From Methanopyrus kandleri AV19 (GTDB lineage Archaea; JAADCQ01; Methanopyri; Methanopyrales; Methanopyraceae): a stretch of DNA of 32,000 nt. Shown piece by piece: positions 7,821 to 17,178 of the stretch. A model generated the notes under the pieces. That model made no database searches, had not been told where the DNA came from, and saw nothing but the letters and a program-made list of their open reading frames with translations. A program made the position numbers and the translations under genes. Where the stretch lies: assembly GCF_000007185.1 (NCBI RefSeq), contig NC_003551.1:1380001-1412000 (forward strand), written 5' to 3'. How positions within the stretch are numbered: position 1 is the first letter of the stretch; every line of letters starts with the position of its first letter.

Positions 7821-9643
7821 TGCTACTTTGGGGCGCGTTCGAGAGGAGACCCGGATACGCAGTCTCGGTGGGCGTGGCTTGGGCTCTCGCCCTACCGCAC
7901 TACGCCTTCTTCCTACCGTACGCCCGCTGGCTTTCCACGCTCATCGACTCGCCGGCTCCCGACGAGCTGTTTCGGATGCTGCTCCTGCCCTTCCCCGACT
8001 TAGTCTCGCCCGGCGCCTTCCTGCTGGCGCTCGCGGGATTGGGCCTGTGGAGGGCCCGCCGCGAGCCCTGGGCCCGGGTCACCGGGGTCTGCTGGGCGCT
8101 GGCGTGGGGGATGGTCGCGGCCTACGCGCTAGGTCTGACCCGGCACCTACCCTTCGGCCGGAACCTCCTCCTGGACCGGTTCACGTGCGTCCTAATCACC
8201 CCGCTCCTTGCGCTCCCGGCCGCGTACATGCTCCGAGATCGAGCCCGACACGTCCGGATAGCGTCGAAGGTGCTGCTGGTACTCTCCATCTCGTCCGCGG
8301 CGCTGCCGTTATCTGACTCGTTATCCTGTGAACTACCGACGGTGCCGGGCTCGGCCGACGTCGTAGCTTGGGTGAAGGAGCATCGGTCCCATGACCCGAT
8401 AGTCAGGGTGGAGTTCCTCCTCGCGACGAAGAGGTACGGGAAGCCCCACAACGCCCTGTGGGTGGGCCCGCGTGTGAAGGGGTTCTTCGCCCAGGGAGAT
8501 CCGTACTTCCACGCGCTGACGGAGCGGATGGAGTGGGAAGGATTCTGGTGGTACGATCCCGAGTTCGTGCGGACGGTCTGCCGACTGTGTAACATAGAGT
8601 ATCTGGTCGTGTCGTCATTCCCTACCGTGAAGTCGGGTATGGCGGCGGGTTTGACACCCGTGTACAAGTCCAAGTGGATACGGGTGTTGGAGAACCGGAG
8701 GATCGCGGGCGCGGAGGCGGTGGACCCGATCGGCGTCTACGATCCGAGGTCGGTCCGCGAGGTCGTGAAGGAGTACACGACCGCGCTGAACCTCGTCCCG
8801 AAGAGGGGTTACCGGTACATCTTCGCGGTCGTCGAGGACCCGCGGGAACTCTCCGCGTTCCGGAAGGTCCTGATCCGACCCGAATCACCGGAAGACGTCC
8901 GACTGGCGGTGCGGTTGGCCCGCGAGGGCAAGCGGGTGTTACTGGTACTACCCGCCGGGGACGACCGGATCGCCCGCGAGGTCTCCCGGGAACTGGGCGT
9001 GCACCCGAAACCCGCGGAACTCCGACTACGGCCCAGGTACCCCAAACCGATCCTACCACGATCGCTGCGCACGACGCTGATCCTGAAGGGGCCGAAGCGA
9101 TCCGAGAAGGTGCCCCCCGGCTACCAGGTGGGCGGTGGGTGGTTCAGGGACGTGCGCGTGGGTCGGGGGACGGTCCGCGTCGTGGGCGTGGACCTGCCCG
9201 TCGTGGCGATACGCCTGCATCCGACGTACGTCAACGTCGGGAAGGATTTAGGCAAGATCCCGCCGCTGCCGGGTCCGCATGAACGACGTCTGTACTCCCG
9301 GATACTGGACGGGTTCGGGTCGGGACTCCACCCGATTCCCTGTCGGTTCGATCCCCGCTCCGCCCGCGTCGAGGTGATCCCTTCGGGATACCAGTGGGCT
9401 CTGGTCAAGGTGAAGCACTTCCCCGCGTGGCACGCCAGCGGCGGGAGGATCCTCGTGGGTCCGGGCGGGACGATGATCGTCCGAACGCACTCCGAACGGG
9501 TGATCCTGTACTTCGCCTACCCGACCCGACTGTACGCGCTGGGCGCGGTAGGGTTCGCACTGGGCGCGCTGGCTCTGGCGCTTCGGGCACGGCCGGATGC
9601 CGTCCTGTCCGTAATACCGGGACAGCGTCCAGAGTCCGATTAA
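7820..9643 (+). CDS. Large membrane protein, GT-C/YfhO-like (putative glycosyltransferase), C-terminal part
   Basis: ATG 7820 in the frame of ORF 7664..9643. The 7664-7819 part of that ORF is non-membrane junk overlapping the better frame. About 6 TM helices, then a soluble domain of about 350 aa and a terminal TM. The C-terminal pattern HFPAWHASGGRILVGPGGTMIV...ILYFAYPTRLYALG resembles YfhO/GT-C family ends. Confidence 0.75.
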   Translation: MLLWGAFERRPGYAVSVGVAWALALPHYAFFLPYARWLSTLIDSPAPDELFRMLLLPFPDLVSPGAFLLALAGLGLWRARREPWARVTGVCWALAWGMVAAYALGLTRHLPFGRNLLLDRFTCVLITPLLALPAAYMLRDRARHVRIASKVLLVLSISSAALPLSDSLSCELPTVPGSADVVAWVKEHRSHDPIVRVEFLLATKRYGKPHNALWVGPRVKGFFAQGDPYFHALTERMEWEGFWWYDPEFVRTVCRLCNIEYLVVSSFPTVKSGMAAGLTPVYKSKWIRVLENRRIAGAEAVDPIGVYDPRSVREVVKEYTTALNLVPKRGYRYIFAVVEDPRELSAFRKVLIRPESPEDVRLAVRLAREGKRVLLVLPAGDDRIAREVSRELGVHPKPAELRLRPRYPKPILPRSLRTTLILKGPKRSEKVPPGYQVGGGWFRDVRVGRGTVRVVGVDLPVVAIRLHPTYVNVGKDLGKIPPLPGPHERRLYSRILDGFGSGLHPIPCRFDPRSARVEVIPSGYQWALVKVKHFPAWHASGGRILVGPGGTMIVRTHSERVILYFAYPTRLYALGAVGFALGALALALRARPDAVLSVIPGQRPESD

Positions 9644-9892
9644 CACAACGGAGGATCGTGGTGGAGCAGAAGCCGGGGCGTCGCGGTCCGTCGGACGACG
9701 TCGGAAGGTTCCGGCCGGCCTACTGGAGTCTCCAACCTCCGGAATAGCTCTTCGAGGTAAAGATCCACGGCGATGGAGTCTGGACCGTGGATCGCCTCTC
9801 GGCCCGTTCTCCTGGAGTCGACGGCTCACGTGATCCTCTTCGGACGGAACCCCGGTAGTTCTGCGTTACTCCGGGTCGAGCCGCGAGCACAC

Positions 9893-9898
9893 TTTAAA
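9893..9898 (+). promoter_or_regulatory. TATA box (TTTAAA) for leuS
   Basis: CACTTTAAACGG lies about 34 nt upstream of TTG 9932. The GTG at 9902 is too close to be downstream of the predicted transcription start. Confidence 0.4.
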
Positions 9899-9931
9899 CG
9901 GGTGGACCGGTCCCCGCCGGGGGCCGTCGAG

Positions 9932-12763
9932 TTGGCCGAGCGCCCAGAGGAGCGCCAATGGAAGGAGTGGGAGGAAGCGGGCCTCTTCGAGGCGGATCCG
10001 GACGACCGCGAGTCGGTCTACATCACGGTCGCGTACCCGTACCCGTCGGGTTCGATGCACGTGGGTCACGCGCGGACGTACCTGGTTCCGGACATCTACG
10101 CGCGGTTCAAGCGGATGCAGGGCTACAACGTCCTGTTCCCGATGGCCTTCCACGTGACGGGTACGCCCGTGGTAGGGATCGCGGAGCGGATCAAGGAGGG
10201 CGACGAGGACACGATCCGGCTCTACCGCGACCTCTACGGGGTCCCCGAGGAGGAGCTGGAGAAGTTCACGGAGCCGGAGGCGATCGTGGAGTACTTCGCG
10301 CGCGAGTACGAGGAGAACATGAAGCGCATGGGTTACTCGATCGACTGGCGCCGGAAGTTCACAACGGTCGACCCCGAGTACCGCTCGTTCATCACCTGGC
10401 AGTACCTGAGGCTCCGGGAGAAAGGCCTCGTCGACAAGGGCGAGCATCCCGTCCGGTACTGCCCGCACTGCGAGAACCCTGTGGGCGACCACGACCTCCT
10501 GGAGGGCGAGGACGCGACCATCGAGGAGCTGACCCTCGTGAAGTTCCCGGTCGAGGGCGACGACCTGATCCTCGTGGCGGCCACGTTCCGACCGGAGACG
10601 CTGTACGGAGCGACGAACGTATGGGTGAAACCGGACGAGGAGTACCTGGTCGTGGAGGTGGACGGCGAGCGGTGGGTGGTCTCGGAGGAAGCCTACCGGA
10701 ACCTGAGGCACCAGAAGGACGGCGTGGAGAAGGTGGACACGGTGCGGGGCGAGGAGCTGATCGGCGAGAGCGTCGTGAACCCGGTCACGGGCGAGGCGCT
10801 ACCGGTCCTACCGGCGGAGTTCATCGACCCGAAGTTCGGAACCGGCGTGGTCTACTCGGTGCCCGCGCACGCCCCGGCGGACGCGGCCGCGCTCGAGGAC
10901 CTGAAGAAGGACCCGTCGGTCCTCGAGGAGTACGGCGTGGACCCGTCGGTCGTGGAGGAGCTCGAGCCGGTGCAGGTCATCGAGGTGGAGGGCTACGGGG
11001 AGTTCCCGGCCTACGACGCGCTGGAGGAGCACGGGATCGAGTCACAGACGGACCCGGAGCTCGAGAAGGCGACGCAGGAGGTCTACCGGGCGGAGCTGCA
11101 CAAGGGTGTGATGGTAGTCGACGAGTTCGAGGGCACGCCGGTGCGGGAGGCGCGGGAGGAGATCAAGTCGCGCCTGATCGAGTCGGGCGACGCGGACGTC
11201 ATGTACGACTTCTCGGAGAAGCCCGTGATCTGCCGGTGCGGTACCGAGTGCGTGGTCAGGATCCTGAAGGACCAGTGGTTCCTGAGGTACTCGGACGGGG
11301 AGTGGAAGGAGCGGGCGGAGGAGCTGCTCGGGCGCATGGAGATCGTCCCGGAGGAGGTGCGCGCGAACTTCGAGGATACTATCGAGTGGCTGGACGACTG
11401 GGCGTGCGCGCGTAGGGTCGGCCTGGGCACCCCGCTGCCCTGGGACCCGGACTGGATCGTCGAGCCGCTGAGCGACTCGACGGTGTACATGGCGTACTAC
11501 ACGATCGCGCACCGGCTGAAGGGCAAGGGCGAGCTCCCGCCCGAGGTGTTCGACTACGTCTTCCTGGGCGAGGGTGACCCGGAGGAGATCGCCGAGAAGG
11601 CCGGGCTGGACGTCGAGGAGCTCGAGGCGATGCGCGAGGAGTTCGAGTACTGGTACCCGCTGAACTGGCGGCTCTCGGCGAAGGACCTGGTCACGAATCA
11701 CCTGACGTTCTTCATCTTCCACCACGCGGCGCTGTTCCCGGAGGACAAGTGGCCGAAGGGTATCGTCGTGTTCGGCATGGGTCTCCTCGAGGGTCAGAAG
11801 ATGAGCTCGTCCAAGGGTAACGTGGTCCTCCTGTCCGAGGCGCTCGACGAGTACGGTCCGGACGTGGTGCGGCTGTTCCTCGCGACCTCGGCGGAACCCT
11901 GGCAGGACTTCGACTGGAGGGACGAGTACGTCCGAGGCGTTCAGCGGCATCTGGAGCGGTTCGAGACCCTGATCCGGGACCACGCCGACGAGTCGGTGGA
12001 GGATAAGGACGCCGTGGACCGGTGGTTCCTGCACGAGTTCCGTGAGGTCGTCGAGGAGACCACGGAGGCCCTCGAGGGGTTCCAGATCCGGCGGGCGTAC
12101 AACCGGGCGTTCTACGGCGTCATGAAGCTGCTCCGCGAGTACGAGGCCATGAAGGGACACGTGAAGATACTGGGCGAGATCGCCGAGGACTGGCTGAAGC
12201 TGCTCCACCCGGTGATCCCGTTCGCGACCGACCGGCTGTGGCGAGAGGTGCTGGGCGAGGACTCGTTCCTGCTGGAGGAGGAGTGGCCCGATCCGTCGGA
12301 GTACCCGGAGGAGCCTGAGCTCTCCGTGGCCAAGGAGGTCCTGGACCGGCTGATCGAGGACGTCCGCGACGTGGAGAAGGTGATCGGTGCCGAACCCGGG
12401 TACACGCTGCACGTGTACCTGGCGCCGGAGTGGCAGTGGCGGGCGCTGGAGTTGATCCTGAAGGACAAGGAGTTCGGGGAAGTCATGTCGGAGCTGATGA
12501 AGGACGAGGGGCTCAGGGAGAAGGGCGACGAGGTGGCGAAGATCGTGCAGGAGCTGACGAAGGAGGATCTGCCGGAGGACGTCGACGTGGACGCACTCAG
12601 GGAGGCCCTGACAGAGTTCCTGGAGGCCGCAGGGCGGGCCCTCACGGACAAGACGGGCGCCTCGGAGGTGGTGATCCACACGGACCCGGAGGAAGCTCCG
12701 GGACCGGAGGACAGGAAGGCGGGAGCCCGGCCGCTCAGGCCGGGCATCTGGCTGGAGGAGTAA
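9932..12763 (+). CDS. leuS: Leucyl-tRNA synthetase (archaeal type)
   Basis: [16 protein letters not shown] (HIGH-type motif), KMSSSKG (KMSKS) and an editing-domain insertion. With TTG 9932 the length is 943 aa, and the N-terminus [20 protein letters not shown] matches the usual ..KWQ..W....F start. The ORF-track start 9773 adds about 53 implausible residues. Confidence 0.95.
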   Translation: MAERPEERQWKEWEEAGLFEADPDDRESVYITVAYPYPSGSMHVGHARTYLVPDIYARFKRMQGYNVLFPMAFHVTGTPVVGIAERIKEGDEDTIRLYRDLYGVPEEELEKFTEPEAIVEYFAREYEENMKRMGYSIDWRRKFTTVDPEYRSFITWQYLRLREKGLVDKGEHPVRYCPHCENPVGDHDLLEGEDATIEELTLVKFPVEGDDLILVAATFRPETLYGATNVWVKPDEEYLVVEVDGERWVVSEEAYRNLRHQKDGVEKVDTVRGEELIGESVVNPVTGEALPVLPAEFIDPKFGTGVVYSVPAHAPADAAALEDLKKDPSVLEEYGVDPSVVEELEPVQVIEVEGYGEFPAYDALEEHGIESQTDPELEKATQEVYRAELHKGVMVVDEFEGTPVREAREEIKSRLIESGDADVMYDFSEKPVICRCGTECVVRILKDQWFLRYSDGEWKERAEELLGRMEIVPEEVRANFEDTIEWLDDWACARRVGLGTPLPWDPDWIVEPLSDSTVYMAYYTIAHRLKGKGELPPEVFDYVFLGEGDPEEIAEKAGLDVEELEAMREEFEYWYPLNWRLSAKDLVTNHLTFFIFHHAALFPEDKWPKGIVVFGMGLLEGQKMSSSKGNVVLLSEALDEYGPDVVRLFLATSAEPWQDFDWRDEYVRGVQRHLERFETLIRDHADESVEDKDAVDRWFLHEFREVVEETTEALEGFQIRRAYNRAFYGVMKLLREYEAMKGHVKILGEIAEDWLKLLHPVIPFATDRLWREVLGEDSFLLEEEWPDPSEYPEEPELSVAKEVLDRLIEDVRDVEKVIGAEPGYTLHVYLAPEWQWRALELILKDKEFGEVMSELMKDEGLREKGDEVAKIVQELTKEDLPEDVDVDALREALTEFLEAAGRALTDKTGASEVVIHTDPEEAPGPEDRKAGARPLRPGIWLEE

Positions 12764-12766
12764 ACT

Positions 12767-13741
12767 TCAGTGCTTCTTGTACAGATCCACCCACGCCCTC
12801 ATTCTCACCGTCCTCCAGCCTCGCTCGCCCACTAGCTCGATGACGGCTTCCCGTGTCGCCTCGCCCGGTAGCACGACGAACCGCTCGACCGGTTCTCCTT
12901 CGGGCTCCTCTACGCCGTCGACGAACGGTTCCATGTTCGAGTACGACGCCTCGATCGCCTCCTCGTCGAGCGTCTCCAGCAGCCCGCCGATCCCGCCAGC
13001 CTCGATCAGCGCGGCGAGCGTCGCGAGGGTCATCATGGCCTGGCGGTCGATCATCTCCTGCGGTGCGCCGAGCGCCTTCACCGCGCAGAACTCCTTCAGC
13101 GCCTCGATCACGCGCTTCAATAGGACGACGCTGAGGTCGCCGACCACCGATACCAGCTCCACGTGCGGGAGCTCGAAGACCTCCTTGCCCGTGGAGGACA
13201 ATACCTCCTCGACGAGCTCCGCCTGCTCCTCCGTGGCGAGGACGGTGCCGTTGCCCGTACCCCGGGCGGTGATGTAGGCCCGGTGGTTCTCGGTGCCCGG
13301 GATGCCCGCTGGGTGTGCGGGCATCACGCCGACGGCTTCGGGCACCTCCAGTCCGGCCTCGTACAGGCTCTCGTGAATCTCGAAAGCGGAAGACGTACAG
13401 GTGGGACAAACGACGGCCCCTTCTTCCAGATGCGAGGCTATCTCGCGGATGATGCCACCGGTGGCGCCGAACGGTGTGAACAGGACGACCATCTCGGCCC
13501 CTTCGACGGCCTGGGCGTCGTCCTCGGTCAACTCAACACCGGCGTCGGCGACCCGGTCCACGTGCTCGGGGTCCTGCTCGCTCAGGTTCGGGTCCGCGAG
13601 TACGACGTCGTGGCCCGCCTCGGCGAACTCGATCGCCATGGCTGCACCGCCGAAGGGTGGCTCCCCACCCAGCTTCTCGGCGGCGCCGATCCTCTCGTAC
13701 AGGCGCTGGTTGCCGAAGCCGAGGACGGCCACGGTGGCCAA
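12767..13741 (-). CDS. Hmd paralogue (H2-forming methylene-H4MPT dehydrogenase-related protein, HmdII/III-like)
   Basis: Collinear with [Fe]-hydrogenase Hmd: VAVLGFGNQR (cf. AILGAGCYR), TEDDAQAVEGAEMVV, the cysteine-containing CPTCTSS at the position of HACTIPT, HPAGIPG, ALGAPQEMIDRQA. TTG start 13741 has a GGGGGT SD and a TTTATCA box about 35 nt upstream. Confidence 0.85.
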   Translation of the reverse strand: MATVAVLGFGNQRLYERIGAAEKLGGEPPFGGAAMAIEFAEAGHDVVLADPNLSEQDPEHVDRVADAGVELTEDDAQAVEGAEMVVLFTPFGATGGIIREIASHLEEGAVVCPTCTSSAFEIHESLYEAGLEVPEAVGVMPAHPAGIPGTENHRAYITARGTGNGTVLATEEQAELVEEVLSSTGKEVFELPHVELVSVVGDLSVVLLKRVIEALKEFCAVKALGAPQEMIDRQAMMTLATLAALIEAGGIGGLLETLDEEAIEASYSNMEPFVDGVEEPEGEPVERFVVLPGEATREAVIELVGERGWRTVRMRAWVDLYKKH

Positions 13742-13824
13742 GTGCTACCCCCTTATCACGACCGCAGGGATAGCATGATAAATGCCACGGTTTGGAAACG
13801 TCAGCCGTCAAAATTGGGGTCGGG

Positions 13825-15282
13825 TCACAGGCGGTCCCGCACGAGCTCGGAGAGCGGGTCGCCACGCATGAACTCGGCCAGGGCCTTACCCAGCTCCGGG
13901 TCCCGATCGGCCAGCTCGGCCAGCTCCTCGGCGGAGAGCAGCCTCACCTCACCCTCGGAAGACCGCGCTAGGTCCTTCCCGAAACCGTGGGACAGGAGCG
14001 TCTGGCGGTCGGCGCCCTCCAGACGCCCCAGGAGGTCCTCAGGACGTACGAACTTGCGCTCGGCCCGAGTCGCCAGCTTTCCGTCCTCCTCCACCCAGAA
14101 CCTCCCGTGGGCGCGGACGAACCCGCGGACCCTGTCCTCCCGGACCCAACCCGACGGGCCCACGCGCCACTCGAGCTCGGGCAGTTTTCCGTGCTCGAAC
14201 TCCAACAGGACGTACCCATGCTCCTCCTCGGAGTCTCGCATGACGTGCCACCGACGCACCTCGAACCCCTCGTTCTCCAGCACCCTGCTGAGGCTCCTAG
14301 CCGTCTTCTCCAGCTGCGGCCAGTAGATGTCCTCCACCTCATCCGGCAGCCGAACCTCGATCGCGACGACGTGGGTGGGGTTCCTCTCGAACCAATCCCT
14401 GACCTTCTCTCCACTCACGGGTTCGGGCTTCCTCCCCCGGAAGAACTCGGGCGACGGATCCCCTAGGAACGCCCTGGCCGCCAGGATGAAGCGGGTGAGC
14501 TGGCGCCTTGAGAGGGCCGCCGCCACGTTGCGCTCGGGATCCACGGGGTCTAGGACGATCAGCGCTGGGTCCTGATCCTCGAACGTCTCCCTTACCTCGT
14601 CGTAGTCTTCGTAAACTTCACCCACGAACCCCTCGAGGTCGATGACGAAGCCGGGCCTCCAGGTCCTCACGGCCTCCCGGAGTACCTCCTCGAAGGACCC
14701 GTAGTGGATCGCGAGAAGCTCGCAGAGGTAGCCGGAGAACCCCTTCACGCGGACCTCCGCACCGTACGCGTCGATCGCCTTGACGAAAGCTTTGAGCAGC
14801 CTCGCCTCGACAGTGTCCTCCAGGTGCTCCTCGACGTAGCGGTTGTGGTGCGGCGTGCGATCGACCGGGGTGATAACTTCGCCCGGTTCGGTATCGTAGC
14901 AGGGTACGACGTCGACCTCGAAGGTCCGACCCCGGTGCTCGACCTCGCCCCCGATGTAAGGGTGATGCGCGTACTCCTCCCGGGCCTCCCCGCCGAGCGC
15001 CTCGATGGCTTCGCGTCCTACCTCCAGCGTGACCTCCACGATTTCGTCCAGGTCGCGGTCCTTCGGGAACACGCAGAACACGTCGACGTCCGAGGCGCCC
15101 GGCAGCCAGGTGTCCCTGGCTACCGAGCCGATGAGCTCGACCTCGGCGTCGGGGTCGCGCTCCTTCAGCCTGTCCCTAACCTCGCTCAGGATCCTACGTG
15201 CGAAGCCTTCCACCAGCTCGCGCTCCTCGGGGTCCGGCGTGACCTCTCGTCTGATCTCGTCGAGGACCTCTTCGAGGCTCAC
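13825..15282 (-). CDS. cca: CCA-adding enzyme (archaeal class I tRNA nucleotidyltransferase)
   Basis: 485 aa. LIGSVARDTWLPGASDVDVFCVFP nucleotidyltransferase motif and overall archaeal CCA-enzyme layout. GTG start 15282. Confidence 0.95.
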   Translation of the reverse strand: MSLEEVLDEIRREVTPDPEERELVEGFARRILSEVRDRLKERDPDAEVELIGSVARDTWLPGASDVDVFCVFPKDRDLDEIVEVTLEVGREAIEALGGEAREEYAHHPYIGGEVEHRGRTFEVDVVPCYDTEPGEVITPVDRTPHHNRYVEEHLEDTVEARLLKAFVKAIDAYGAEVRVKGFSGYLCELLAIHYGSFEEVLREAVRTWRPGFVIDLEGFVGEVYEDYDEVRETFEDQDPALIVLDPVDPERNVAAALSRRQLTRFILAARAFLGDPSPEFFRGRKPEPVSGEKVRDWFERNPTHVVAIEVRLPDEVEDIYWPQLEKTARSLSRVLENEGFEVRRWHVMRDSEEEHGYVLLEFEHGKLPELEWRVGPSGWVREDRVRGFVRAHGRFWVEEDGKLATRAERKFVRPEDLLGRLEGADRQTLLSHGFGKDLARSSEGEVRLLSAEELAELADRDPELGKALAEFMRGDPLSELVRDRL

Positions 15283-15442
15283 CGAACCCGCCCCGCCGGG
15301 CTACTGGAGCGATTATCGTGAAGGAGCGAACGTGGGCACCGATCGTCCAGTGCCGGGCTTATGAGGGTTAAGTCCCGATCCCCCGAATCCCGATCTCCTC
15401 GGGGCGTGACGCCCGGAACGACGCCGCGCCGGGCACATCGGT

Positions 15443-16018
15443 TCAGATCTCGACCTCCTCGACCGTGTGGTACTCAGGACCCTGAGGCCTGAGGATGCTC
15501 TTCTTGAGCCGGATCCGGTCGACCTCCACCTCACCGACCTCCACGTTCGAGAGCTCGCGGATGGCCTCGATCAGCCGGCCCTTGTTGCGCCCGCTCCGGA
15601 CCCTGGCCACGGTCACGTGGGGCACGAAGTCCTTCCGCTCCCGCCGGAACCCCATCCGACCGAGCTCCTGCTCGAGCACCGCGGCCATGGCCTTGGTCTC
15701 GTCAGACCCCTCCTGCACGCCGATCCACACCACGCGCACGTAGTTGGGGTTCGGGAACACCCCGATCCCCTTCAGCCGCATCGTGAAGGGCTCGACAGTC
15801 TCGGCGGCCTTCTCCATCGCGTTGACCACATCGGTGACGCGCGACTCGGGGATGTCACCCAGGAACTTGAGCGTGAGGTGCACGTTCTCCGGCTCCACCA
15901 GCTTCAGGTCGGCTCCCGAGGCCTTCAACCGCTCCTGCACCTCGACGATCCGGTTCACGACCTCCTCGTCCTCTATATCGATCGAGATGAACGCCCTGAA
16001 CCGCGACACGCGTCCCAC
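15443..16018 (-). CDS. thpR: RNA 2',3'-cyclic phosphodiesterase / 2'-5' RNA ligase (2H phosphoesterase, LigT/ThpR)
   Basis: About 190 aa with two H-x-T-x motifs (VHLTLKFLG and PHVTVARV) at the expected spacing. The start is GTG 16018 or GTG 16009. Confidence 0.9.
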   Translation of the reverse strand: MGRVSRFRAFISIDIEDEEVVNRIVEVQERLKASGADLKLVEPENVHLTLKFLGDIPESRVTDVVNAMEKAAETVEPFTMRLKGIGVFPNPNYVRVVWIGVQEGSDETKAMAAVLEQELGRMGFRRERKDFVPHVTVARVRSGRNKGRLIEAIRELSNVEVGEVEVDRIRLKKSILRPQGPEYHTVEEVEI

Positions 16019-16170
16019 CCCCGGCGAAGTTAATTACGGGTTCGTAAAAGGCAGTTCTCACGGAGGAGGCGACCGGGGGGCTTAGCATCCCCGCCGAACC
16101 CCGTGATCCGGTCCCGGACGCCAAGCTCGTCGAGTTAAAACCGTTGGGCTACCCCGTACGGGAGCCGGGG

Positions 16171-17154
16171 ATGGGTAAGGAGGTAGTCGTGGACTCGCTG
16201 GAAGCTTTCAACGCGTACGCTCGTGAGCAGTGGTTAGGCGAGGTCGTGCGGGAGGGTACGATACTCTTCGACACCGGCGTCGTTCACAGCTACGCCTTCA
16301 AGGTCGTGCGCGTCGTGCCCTCCGGGATGGGCCGGATAACGTCCTCCACCAGGTTCGTCCTCCGCACCCGGTTCGAAGAGGACCGCATGGAGATACCGAA
16401 CTTAACGCTCGACGACGTGGTGGGGCACGAGGAGGCCAAACGCGCGTGCTCGCTCCTCGTCGAGTACCTCAAGAACCCGGAGGAGTTCCGGGACTGGGCC
16501 CCGAAGACGGTCCTCTTCTACGGGCCCACGGGCACGGGTAAGACCCATACGGCGAGGGCCGTGGCTGGGGAGGCGAAGGTTCCGCTCCTCCACATGAACG
16601 CGGCCGAAATCCTCGGCAAGTACGTGGGTGAGGCCAGCGAGAGGATCCGGAGGGCCTTCACGCGGGCCCGTAAGGCGGCACCCTGCGTGTTCTTCCTCGA
16701 CGAGATCGACGCGTTGGCGCTCGACCGACGGTACCAGGAGCTCCGGGGGGACGTGGTGGAGAGTGTGAACGCGCTGCTCACGAACCTCGACCGGCTCAAG
16801 AACGAGGGCGAGGGTGTCGTGTTCATCGCGGCCACCAACCAGCCCGACATATTGGATCCCGCGGTGAGGAACCGGTTCGAGTACGAGATCGAGTTCACAC
16901 TACCGAATAAGCGCGAGCGCGAGGAGCTGGTCCGATACTACGCGAAGAAGCTACCTATGCCGCTCGACGTCGATCCGAGGTACATCGCGGCCCGTACGGG
17001 TGGGATGTCACACAGGGAGATCAAGGAGAGGGTGCTCAAACGCGCACTCCTCGAGGCGTTACGTGAGGGTGCCGAGAAGATCGAGCGGAAGCACATCCAG
17101 AAGGTCCTGAATCAGGAGCGGGAGCGCCGGGCAGTCCGTATATACCACAGGTAG
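16171..17154 (+). CDS. AAA ATPase with a small N-domain and a single classical AAA module (AMA/CDC48-N-like)
   Basis: Walker A GPTGTGKT, Walker B FFLDEID, second region of homology ATNQPDILDPAVRNRF. N-terminal beta-rich segment TILFDTGVVHSYAFKVVRVVPSGMGRITSSTRFVL. ATG 16171 sits about 34 nt after GTTAAAAC (16133-16140). Double stop TAGTAG. Confidence 0.85.
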   Translation: MGKEVVVDSLEAFNAYAREQWLGEVVREGTILFDTGVVHSYAFKVVRVVPSGMGRITSSTRFVLRTRFEEDRMEIPNLTLDDVVGHEEAKRACSLLVEYLKNPEEFRDWAPKTVLFYGPTGTGKTHTARAVAGEAKVPLLHMNAAEILGKYVGEASERIRRAFTRARKAAPCVFFLDEIDALALDRRYQELRGDVVESVNALLTNLDRLKNEGEGVVFIAATNQPDILDPAVRNRFEYEIEFTLPNKREREELVRYYAKKLPMPLDVDPRYIAARTGGMSHREIKERVLKRALLEALREGAEKIERKHIQKVLNQERERRAVRIYHR

Positions 17155-17156
17155 TA

Positions 17157-17174
17157 GCCCGCCGCGTGGCGGGC
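17157..17174. other. GC hairpin between convergent genes (GCCCGCC-GCGT-GGCGGGC)
   Basis: Perfect 7-bp stem with a 4-nt loop, 3 nt after the AAA ATPase stop and directly distal to the selD SECIS. Possibly a transcript-end or stability element. Confidence 0.3.
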
Positions 17175-17178
17175 CCTC

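Noticed and set aside
11042-12679. 545-aa ORF antisense to leuS, plus 9866..10711 (-, 281 aa) and 9958..11415 (+, 485 aa, alternate frame)
   Set aside because: These lie entirely within the unambiguous LeuRS coding frame. Their composition is R/P/L/H-rich and unlike real proteins here. They are typical stop-poor shadow ORFs of high-GC coding DNA.
13163-14326. 387-aa plus-strand ORF spanning the Hmd-paralogue/cca region; similar shadows at 14704..15321, 15467..16033, 24197..25075, 25629..26621 and 28076..28657
   Set aside because: Each is antisense to or out of frame with a gene that has strong family motifs. All are low-complexity S/R/P-rich translations with no motifs.
15340-15400. Possible tRNA anticodon-loop-like CTTATGA in the thpR-cca spacer
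   Set aside because: The flanking sequences are not complementary (CCGGG vs GGGTT), and no other tRNA arms are present.
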